Source: Nemertoderma westbladi (taxonomy: Eukaryota; Animalia; Xenacoelomorpha). Taken from it: a stretch of DNA of 33,344 nt. The stretch lies in the NCBI GenBank assembly GCA_032718475.1, contig JAUCBJ010008639.1:1-33344 (forward strand), written 5' to 3'. Made by a program: the position numbers and the translations under genes. The notes beneath the pieces are model-generated. The model was not told the origin of the DNA and ran no database searches. It worked only from the letters and a program-made list of their open reading frames with translations. Of the stretch, positions 1-9,700 are shown in pieces (position 1 is the stretch's first letter; each line of letters opens with the position of its first letter).

Positions 1-995
1 AAGAAGTCAACAAAGATAACAGCCAGATGCCTGTCTTTCTTTTTTGATAATTCTTCAATTATCCTTCTAAGTGCCAAAATGGGCTCCATGGTCCCACGAC
101 CTTTACGGAACCCATTCTGATTTCCACGGAGCAGTCTCTCAATGGGATCCCTGATGCGATTTAATAGAATCCTATTGTATAGCTTTGCAGCAATCGAGAT
201 CAGTGAGATTCCCCGAAAAGAACCATAGAGTGTTAGGTTGCCCTTCTTGGGACCTGGCACCAACTTATTTGTTTTCATTTCTTGTGGGACTCTTGTTGTA
301 CGGTACATGTCTACTATGATGGGATAGATGAGCTTTAAACACTCAGGTATTTTAAAGACCTCAGGGGGAACACCATCTACTCCACTGGCACGATTGGTCT
401 TAATGCTCTTTGCAGCAGCCTTCACTTCTGCAAAGGAGATATCGCCAATGGGAATATCTGGGAGTACAGACTCAGACACCTTTACTTCTATAAAGTTATC
501 AGGCAATACCCTGTCATTATTGAGGAGCTTTTCAAAGTGGGCTTTCCAACCATTGAGGCGATCGGCTGGTGATTCAGCCTTAACCTTGGTGGCTGGTTGG
601 CTTTTCCGCCCAGTAAGCAGATTGATCGATTTCCATGCCTGGGATGATTGCCTGCTGTCGTCAGCATCATTGATGGCATCAACCTGTTGGTTTATTAGCT
701 CCTGTAGATTAACAGAGTACTGCCTGTTCAGGGACCTAGATGCAGCCTTAACTGCATTCTTGGCCGCTGTAGTCTGTTTGAGTCGGGACTCTTTCTGCGC
801 CTTATGAAGGTCATTTCGGCACTTTTGAATTTTGTTGTCAGTCCAGGGGGCCCTTTTCCTGTTTCGAGGGTATACAGGAACTGTTTCTGCAGCTGCTAAC
901 TTAACTGCTTCTGTAAAGGCAGTATAGCCCTCACAGTGATCTGCCGCCTCAGAGGCAAGAGCCTCATACCTGTTGCTCAGCTGTAGTGTGAAAGT
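1..995 (-). mobile_element. RTE-clade LINE fragment (linker plus start of the RT domain), running off the window edge
   Basis: The minus strand translates as ...TFTLQLSNRYEALA... and ...PKKGNLTLYGSFRGISLISIAAKLYNRILLNRIRDPIERLLRGNQNGFRKGRGTMEPILALRRIIEE...AVIFVDF, collinear with the RTE ORF at 25641-28460. Its 5' side stops at the 53-bp tandem array. Confidence 0.9.
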
Positions 996-1329
996 CTGGT
1001 ATTCTTCACATGGGGGTAACTGCAAAGTGAAATATAACGGCAGAAAGTCTGGTATTCTTCACATGGGGGTAACTGCAAAGTGAAATATAACGGCAGAAAG
1101 TCTGGTATTCTTCACATGGGGGTAACTGCAAAGTGAAATATAACGGCAGAAAGTCTGGTATTCTTCACATGGGGGTAACTGCAAAGTTAAATATAACGGC
1201 AGAAAGTCTGGTATTCTTCACATGGGGGTAACTGCAAAGTGAAATATAACGGCAGAAAGTCTGGTATTCTTCACATGGGGGTAACTGCAAAGTGAAATAT
1301 AACGGCAGAAAGTCTGATATTCTTCACAT
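990..1329. repeat. 53-bp minisatellite, ~6.4 near-identical copies
   Basis: Unit GAAAGTCTGGTATTCTTCACATGGGGGTAACTGCAAAGTGAAATATAACGGCA starts at 990, 1043, 1096, 1149, 1202, 1255 and 1308 (partial). There are no spacers. Confidence 0.97.
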
Positions 1330-1799
1330 TGGCCTATACTTATTAAAAATAATATAATTAAATTTATAAGAAAAATAATATCAGTATCATAAATAAATAT
1401 ACAGTTTCATAAAAATCATTATTAAAACTTAGTAAATTAATATTAATAAAATAATAATAGTATTATTATAATTATATCAAATTATTAATAAATGTACATA
1501 GACGAACCCTAATTAAGTAGTTACACACTTAATTTTCAAAACCAATTTATTACATAATAAAGCAATGATGCAATGTAAGCCCTGCCGTCTCGGGGTAGTT
1601 TATAATGACTAATAAACTTCTAAATCTCTCCTGAATACTAATAGTAACACGTTCGTGGGGCCTTCGCGCAGCACGAGGCCCAGTTATGAGATACAAATTA
1701 AAATTGAGCGACTGTATCACAAAATCAGGTTTTGAGAAATTTACCCACACCACCAATCAATCAAAGAAAGGGGGACAGTACGTGTTCACCCCTTTTAAT

Positions 1800-2044
1800 C
1801 CCCCCCCCCCCCACCCTTCCCAACCACCAATACATAACCGCGACATCTACCACCCACGGAAGGGTAGCACGAACTTATTTCCAATCGCACGTTCAATATG
1901 CAAAGCCAGGTGGTTTATAGGAATATAATAAACGCAGTACTCGTATTCATTATAAGCCTCGTTGCGTTCGTCCTGTTTTGTATTTAAATATATTTCTTAA
2001 ACGCAGGCTAGGACGTTCTTTATAATAATAATAACTAGGGATGC
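1800..2044 (+). repeat. Dispersed non-coding repeat (copy A), with a partial tandem duplicate at ~2048-2185
   Basis: Matches the reverse complement of 30829-31073 (poly-C, CCACCCACGGAAGGGTAGCACGAACTTATTTCC, GCCAGGTGGTTTATA ... CTAGGGATGC). Confidence 0.85.
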
Positions 2045-3049
2045 GATCAATATGTGAAGCCAGGTGGTTTATATAATAATTTAGTCAACGCAGTACTCGT
2101 CTTCATTATATGCCTCGTTGCGCTCGTCGCTTGTCCTGTTTTGTTATAAAATATTTTTCCTAAACGCAGACTGACGATCTTTATACAGTTATAACTATGC
2201 GAAGTTTCGAAACTGTGCGAGTAACTGTTGATACATCTATGTGGATATGTGTGATATGTGGAGATGTGTGATACAACGCCAACGCATCTTATGCCGATGT
2301 AGTAATATGGGTATTGAAATAATATTAAATTAATGTACACTCTTAAAGCTGCAGCGAAAAAATGTAGCTAATTTCCTAGGTTACATATAAAATAATAATA
2401 TTATTTTTAAGAACATTAATTTTACTACTTTGCAAAAATTCAATTAAAAAATAACCAGACATATACATTGTGGAATAAACTATTTCAGAAGCCTACACAA
2501 CAGCCATGCCATGGATAGTATTTATGTTATGATATCTGTCATTCACCTGAGATAGCAATACAACATTTATAGTGAATTTAAAGAATGCTGTCTGGGCTGG
2601 AATAGCAATACTGGTTGTCTATTACTATTCCTCTCTGGTTAGTCTTAGCAACAACTCCCAGCCAGCAGCAGAGACTTGACCAATAATCATTCCCAGCAAC
2701 TGGGAATGACACACACATCCCATCTATGTACCAGCATGTTGGCCAATAAATGAGCAGTATTTAATGAGAATAAATTTTTTTTGCCGTTTTAATTACTTTA
2801 GATCAATTAAAGACACAATTATTAAAGCAAATCACTTGAACTAATTAAAAACTATAATAGAATGGCGTATGGGGATTACATCTGTATAATTTTTAATTAT
2901 AATTATTTAAATCTTATACTGTAAAACAATTAATTTCCTTTAAAAGGCAGGTTGAAAATGGTGTTTTTACCGTAATAACTTAATTAACTAATTAACTGCT
3001 ATTATCTTAGCTTCTCGAAGGCCACACTGAAATTCTACTTGGAAAATTT

Positions 3050-3230
3050 CTAAACTTTTGCCAAACAACATGTGTACCAAGTTTGGATAGATTTCATCAA
3101 AGATTGGCCGAGTTATTAACGTTTAAAATTGAACACGACAGAACGACAGAACGACAGAACGACAGAACGACAGGTTGATTAATGGTACCACTACGCTAAG
3201 GCTCACTCACTTCGTGGCTCGCCCCACATA
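3050..3230 (+). mobile_element. Probable non-autonomous Helitron/Helentron-like (HINE/DINE-1-type) remnant with an (ACGACAGA)n core
   Basis: CCAAGTTTGG...GATTGGCCGAG is followed by an 8-bp repeat x~5 (3135-3173) and a GC-rich end. The layout resembles HINE elements; the boundaries are approximate. Confidence 0.4.
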
Positions 3231-3409
3231 TACTGAAAACTGACTACTCTTAACAGGGGTAGGGCTGGGTTAAAGGTGCCAGACAGGTAAGTATGGTGAT
3301 AGCAAGCAGCCTTGGAAGTTGGAACTATCCAATATCCATCTGAGGCACCTATTAACTGCAGTAAGCCTATCAGGAATCTATAGACATCTACACAATGATT
3401 AGACCAAAG

Positions 3410-3439
3410 GCGACCTTTACTAACATTAGTAAAGGTCGC
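3410..3439. repeat. Perfect 14-bp inverted repeat (hairpin)
   Basis: GCGACCTTTACTAA-CA-TTAGTAAAGGTCGC, flanked by CCAA/TTGG. Confidence 0.9.
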
Positions 3440-4187
3440 ATTGGGTTGGACACTGACTCATCCCTCCACTACTACTACTACTACTGTACTATGGCTATCA
3501 CCCATTGAAGTCTCTGTGCTGTCAATCACTTATTCCTTTAGAAGTTTATGTAGGTACTTTACTGGGATTGATACATATTAGATTGGTCGCTGGCTGAGGC
3601 TAGTCCAGATATACTATATTAGGAAGGCACTCTGGCTGTGACTGGGCGGCAAATTGATTCAACTGGGCGGCACTTGTGCCGCCTAGTGGCAAAGTTAAAC
3701 GAGGCTATGGATAAATTTGTAGACTTTTCGAAGGTTGGATCATTACCTTGTTTAGTTATGCTTAGTTTAGTTACTGTATGTTATGTTTTATCCGGCAAAT
3801 ACTGCAGAGTAAAATTATAATACATCCAGTATATTTTACTAGTATATTAGTATTAGTATATTATTCCTACTAACTGACTAATAATAATTCGTATATTTTT
3901 ATCTGGACCATATTTAGCAGTAAATTAGTACAATGTTATCGCATTTCTTTAGAACTGTCGATTAAATAAAATATAAATATTCGATAAATTATATTATAAA
4001 TTAATAATTTTTATTTTTAAATTATTTATCTAATATTCAAATTTTAATATTTAACATTTTAATATTCAGATATTTTCTGTCTTGCACCCTGGTCAGCATG
4101 TACAAGTGTACAATCAGCACGTCCTACATCAGCACAAGTACGTCAGTACGTACAGACGTGCACATGTACCTACCGCTGTACCGGTAC

Positions 4188-4813
4188 TACTACTACTAGG
4201 ATCGGCATGCTGCACTGCAGCTGCATTTTTAAGAATGCTGTGCCGGCTTGTCAACAAAATTGCACCGCCACAACTCCCTATCACCCATGACATTTGCTAG
4301 ATCATCCGCATCTTTAAGGCCAGTGTCCTTTAAGATCTAAGATCTAAGATGCGTCTCAAGAAAGTCATGGGCTGTCCACCATGCTTATTCACTCCATGGG
4401 GCTGCCAAAGTACAAGATTATGCACTGGCTGGTCCTCACGGCGAAAGCAATGTCCTGCAAAGCGGAGGCGATTTTGTTCTAGTGTCAAGCTTGGGGGAAC
4501 CAATGAGACACCTCCAATGTTATATAGTGTCTGGTTGGAGATGTGTGCATTGTACTTGACACAATGAGCCCGGCGTGGCATTCTTGTCAATGTGCCATCC
4601 AGATATTTGGTGTCCTCAGCAGTTAGAGCCCAGCATGGACTCCCGTAGAGGAGTACTGGAACTACTGCTGCTCTAAATAATCGGACCTTAAGTTTCCGAT
4701 TAATTCTCGGTGACTTCCAAATCCTGGAAAGCCTATTCAAGGCTGCCCATGCCTTTCCCTTACGTATTCAAAGGTCCTCCCTAACCTGACTTCCGGATCC
4801 ATGATCCCAGGTA
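4188..4813 (-). mobile_element. 5'-truncated RTE-clade LINE copy
   Basis: The minus strand reads YLGSWI...GKAWAALNRLSRIWKS...LFRAAVVPVLLYG...RLRFAGHCFR...LVLWQP. It has a (TAG)n 3' tail at 4185-4198 and TSD ACCGGTAC at 4180-4187 and 4814-4821. Confidence 0.9.
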
Positions 4814-5246
4814 ACCGGTACAGTACAACATATTGCAGCTCAGTTTGCAGTTCAGTACCTGAATAGTTATTTTTATTAATATTTTTATATTTCAGTGCAG
4901 AATACTGTATATGTGGTGGAACAAAAAAAATAGCTTAAATCTTAATTGTGCTACTGTATCAGTGCAGAATTCCGGTACTATAATTGTGCTCTGTGTGTGT
5001 TCTGTTTTTTAATATTCTTAGGTTTTATAAATTTCACTTGTTATAATCCGGTTTATACTGTGATATGAATAATTAATTAATTAACATGGTTCGGTTATGG
5101 TAGGTTGGTTTATCGTATATTGTCTAGATTGGAAGTGTAGCCTATTATTATATATGATGGAAAAATAGGAAGTGAATATAAATAAGATTTACCATACTTC
5201 TTATAAATTTTATATTCGACTTTGAATAAATCATAAGGGGAGGGAA

Positions 5247-6484
5247 TGTAAAAGCTTTTGCGGACATAACAAGTCATTTTTCCCGCAATGCGCAGTGTAG
5301 GTGCTTTTGCGGACATAACAAGTCATTTTTGCCGCAATGCGCAGAATACTCTAAAATAGCCCTGAATTTATTCCCCTACGTGACGGGAAGAGATTAGAGC
5401 CCAGATGACGAAATCTGTCAGCTGATTTCCTGTAGACGTGGAATCTCTTTGTTCTGCTCAGCCAATCAGAGCGATTTTCACTTTATTTCTGACAGGGGCC
5501 TATGGAAACTTGCGCAATGCATTACTGTCTTTGTTTACCTTTCTGAGCCTCAGAACCGGCTTGGAATCTTCTGTACTTCTGTGCAGAAGTTTCAGACTTT
5601 GGCCTAAACATCAGATGGCTTTGATTATAAGAACGTAAATCTATTATCTGACGAACCAACACCTGGATCACCGGCTCGCACCTTCCATTATCCTTCCTGA
5701 CCCACCTACCAACCTTCTGACTGACAATCCACTCACCACCCGTCTCACCGGGCCTTCATAAGTAACACATACTGACTGTTCACCGCATTATTTTACTTCT
5801 GTCTACGGTCTGTTATTAATTGTTGTTATATTGATGTATATTGCTGATATATTTGGAGAATACCGATAAATAATCATAAAACCCCCAATCTTCTTGATTA
5901 CTGAAGGTAAGAGGAACAGGTTACCAGTAGCAACTGCGACTTAAATTATAGTGGTTTTTGTGTTAATTAAATGCTATTTCATAATCCCTACAAGTGTCAG
6001 TTGCGATCTTCCTTATATATGATCAAATTCAGTGACGGTCGGCAGATTAGTGCGCAGTAGTGTGAAGTAGTGTGAGGTCGTGTAAAGTAGTGTGAAAGAT
6101 AATAAAACATCTCCTAAAGAATGCGCTATTTACGAAACTCTGTGGCCATCTAGTTGTGATTAGTATAAGTGATAACTCTGTTTTTATACTTAAAGCGCCA
6201 CGTCCTAAAGGAACTGTTAATATTTCCCCGAAAGTAAATATATTGTCAGAGATTATATAGTAACGATCAATCGAATAATACAGTAGGTCTACATTGCAAT
6301 AACTTTCAAGGCTTCCGAATCCAGTCTCCCTTAACTGTGGGTGAATGATCGCGCACAGACTGGCTTCGGCTGATGTAACTTCAGTACACTAAATAATTGA
6401 TATAGGCTAAAGTCGATTTATAAACAAGAGGACAACTAAAATTGGCAGGTTAAACTGCTAACTAAAGGTCTAAAGGCGCGAACA
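5247..6484 (+). repeat. 5' LTR (1,238 bp)
   Basis: TGTAAAAGC...GCGAACA. About 17 substitutions and one 4-bp indel versus the 3' LTR (counted by eye). It opens with a 49-bp tandem duplication (5247-5344) and contains CCAAT (5462), TATAAG (5626), 10-bp GTAGTGTGAA repeats (~6057-6096) and AATAAA (6101). Confidence 0.97.
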
Positions 6485-6496
6485 ATAATAGATTTA
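6485..6496 (+). promoter_or_regulatory. Candidate self-priming primer-binding site (non-tRNA)
   Basis: ATAATAGATTTA follows the LTR's terminal CA directly and is the exact reverse complement of LTR bases 5636-5647 and 22367-22378. There is no TGG-type tRNA PBS at this position. Confidence 0.6.
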
Positions 6497-7144
6497 AGTT
6501 TCTTTATTGCACCATAGGCAATAAAGTCGAATGTACTGGTCGGATGGTAAGCTGTAGGCCTAACTGCCCAACTAGCCGAACCGGTGCTTACAGGTATAGG
6601 TACAGCAGTATTATTTGATTGTGATAATTATATACCGGTAGGTCTTGATATTTAATCGGGGACTGCAGCCCTGGTTTTTTATTGGGGTTTTACTTATTTC
6701 TGTCAGTTTTATTTATCTGTAAGTGTAATATTGAGCAGAAGGCGTGTAAGCCTGCTCAGATTGTATAAATAATTTGTAGGCCAGATTGTTGTCTAGCTGT
6801 TGTTAGGTCTGAGGCGATTGCAGTGTATGTAGAGTATCTGTCCGATAAAGTGCTAGTTAGGAAGGTGGGGGCATCCAGTGTTGTAAGGTAAATCCCCCCC
6901 CCCCCCCCGAAAGAATAAGTCGTACTACTTGGTTAAAATGCCTACTAACTAACCATTTCAGAGTCTGCATATACTGTAGTTTATTTAGGCTTGACAGTAG
7001 TCTGCCAGCATTTGGTCTGTATTTTGTTTAAATAGTCTGCACAGGTAGCGTAATATTTATTATTCAGAGTCTATGCGAGTATTCGCAACCTCCAACTCCC
7101 CAAGTTTATTCCTACAGTAATTGTGCTTGTTATACATACCGTTA

Positions 7145-7267
7145 TAGTTAAATTAACCCCAGTACTACATCAGGGCTGCTTGGCGTAGGTAAAGATTGGT
7201 GATTTTGTGCTCCGGTCACTCCAGCAGATACCGTGGTTCTTTTGGCTGTTCAAGTATATTTAACTGC
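7145..7267 (+). repeat. ~120-bp segment shared with 24975-25096
   Basis: Direct repeat, roughly 90% identical, with an identical core CTCCGGTCACTCCAGCAGATACCGTGGTTCTTTTGGCTGTTCAAGTATATTTAACTGC. Confidence 0.9.
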
Positions 7268-8714
7268 TGGTTATTTGTTTTATAAGTACTTGTACCTAAT
7301 TTAGGGTTTAGCGTACAGTGCTTTCCGAAAGTAATTTAGTGTGTAGGCAGTATAGTTGTGTTGTAATGTGGTTAATAGGCACGTTAGCTCTGGTTGGCTT
7401 CGGTAATTAACCTCTAGGTAAGGACACTCCTTGTACATAACATAGTACTTATAGAGCTAAGACTATAAGTCGTCAGATGGTGGTATTTTCTTATCTGGAC
7501 AACGCAACTTACTTACTACTGCTTTATTGTTTTTCCAATACCATAGTTTCCTGTCAGTTTGTAAGAACCAGAAATTCTAACTCCTTGTTAGGCTGGTTTG
7601 TAGATTTCTTGTAAAATTACCCTAAAAATTGTATGTGTAACTTTTTAGTGTTTATTTAGAAGATTGTAATCTCAAACTGTAATTGTAAGTAATTTGTAGT
7701 AATAAGTAACTTAGTAGAGTGGAGGTGTCTGTATTGGTGTCTCGCGTGCTACTTGTTGGACACTAAAGCAGATAGTTCTACCTTGCTGGGCGTGCAGCAT
7801 CTGTGTAGTGACCCCTTATCCAGAAACAATAACATTTATTTCAAATATTGTCAAAACCCATTATACGGGTATATATATTATAAATCAATTCAAACAGATT
7901 TATAAAATAGTAGGCCTGTTATACATCAATTAGGTCTTAATATCAGTTGGACTACTGCTTAATAACAGTAATAAGTAAAAGGGAAGAAACCCTAAAATTC
8001 AGAAATTCAGTTATTATAAAATAATTGACATTACCGGTATTTACGGTGGGCTTATTATATATATTTATATAAATTTAGGCTGAAATTATATACCGGTATT
8101 CTGTGACTAATCCTAGTCTATAATAATACTTATATATACTATAAGTGTATACCGGTATTTTAATATTATATATATATCACGTTACACTGAGTAACGGTAT
8201 CGGTAATTAATTACTAGGCTTACAGTTGATACTGAATTACTAGACTTGCTTTAACTGTCGTTATAGTAGTAGGCATTCAACTGTAAAATAAATCATGGCT
8301 GACACAAAGCAAACACTGTCAGATAGTCTCCTAGAAAGAACAGTCTGTGACTCAGATAGGAGTATAGAACATCTGAGACCAAAGTCCAAGTCCCCTCCTA
8401 CTGTAAGAAAAGTCATCCCTACAGTAGTAGTATCAGGCCCTAGGCTAGTAAAGCACCATAGGTCTATCATAGGCACTAGGGCTCAAGTCAAGCGGGACCA
8501 AGAGGCAGCTGTTAAACACATCAACACCTAAACCGAGAACTTATTTCTCAACAGCCTGATAACTCTAGCAGTTCAGACACCGAAGAGTTGACACCCGAGA
8601 TCGGAGCAAGGATGGCAGAAGCGGTTTATCCGGATCCACTTCTAATTCTTCCTGGAGCCGTACTCACTAGAGTGTTGATAGCTGTGGAGGAACATCAAAT
8701 CGATTGGGCGAGAA

Positions 8715-8718
<4 letters not shown>

Positions 8719-8749
<31 letters not shown>

Positions 8750-8792
8750 TTATTTATAACGCGCCTTTTAAGGGCAATAAATCAAGGCGCAG
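8719..8792 (-). mobile_element. Tiny 5'-truncated L2/SINE-type 3'-tail insertion, in frame within gag
   Basis: The minus strand reads GCGCCTTGA...AAGGCGCGTTATAAATAA(ATT)n. TSD GAAGTAA at 8712-8718 and 8793-8799; net gain 81 bp, which produces the poly-Asn run. Confidence 0.75.
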
Positions 8793-9554
8793 GAAGTAAG
8801 CGATCGACCAGGGACAGTTATGCGGGATATACGATGGAGGAACTGAGGTCCATTGTAGAGGCGCAATGGAACTTCCCCGGACCCAGACTCCTATTTAACT
8901 TATCGGAAGCTGCCTGGGAGGACTTATACAGGATGGGAGTAGTAAGGAACACTCGAGATCCAGCTGTGTGGAAGAGGTCGGCAGCAGGATATGTCCAGGG
9001 ATTCTTCAGTTCTTTGGAGCGATTAGAAGAACACCTATTTCAACAACGCCAAGGACCTCAAGAGCAGGGATAGCTGCTTTATCAAGTGCGAGAACGAATT
9101 TTACGGATCAGACTACTCCTTTCGGCCTTTGAGGAAGCCTCGAAGAGAAGCCAAGACACATCGTTGCAAGTGGCTGTAAAAACTTGGTTCCAACGGGTGA
9201 GTCTTAAAGTCCAGGGAACGACACAATGGAAAGCTCAGCTAACCGAGCGCATGACCCACGGAGAATCAACAGATGCTACCTTTTCTCAGGTGGAAGGCGA
9301 AGCTACATTCGAGAAACCTCAGAAGAAGGATGCTATTGACATTTATCTGTCGGACTATCAACAATTTATAGGTGTCAAAGTGTTAAGGAGACGGCTAGCT
9401 GGACTTCACCCTAATAGTGAGGGAGCCAAATTTGTGTCAAACTCGTTAGATGCGGAAATATTAGCCGCGGAGCAGGCTAAATTTGATGAAAGCATCCTCA
9501 TCGCTATGGACCAAGAAGAGCAGATAAAGAAAAAGCAAATAGAAGACCGAAGGT

Positions 9555-9700
9555 CAGCGGCCGTGGCAGAATCTGAAAGGAAAGCGGCAGCGGCAGAATC
9601 TGAAAGGAAAGCGGCAGCGGCAGCGGCAGAATCTGAAAGGAAAGCGGCAGCAGCAGAGGCTGAAAGAAAAGCAGCAGTGGCTGAAGCAGAAAAAAGAGCA
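9555..9700 (+). repeat. Coding tandem repeat, (AAAAESERK)-like x~5, predicted coiled coil or single alpha helix
   Basis: Repeated GCGGCAGCGGCAGAATCTGAAAGGAAA units within the gag N-terminal extension. Confidence 0.9.

Noticed and set aside
328-807. 159-aa plus-strand ORF and similar short antisense ORFs across the LINE and pol regions
   Set aside because: These are shadow frames opposite real retroelement coding sequence.
990-1329. CRISPR array
   Set aside because: The units are head-to-tail with no unique spacers, there are no cas genes, and the context is eukaryotic.
5438-5638. 66-aa ORF conserved in two places (also 22169-22369)
   Set aside because: The duplication simply reflects the LTR pair; it has a GTG start and no recognisable protein features.
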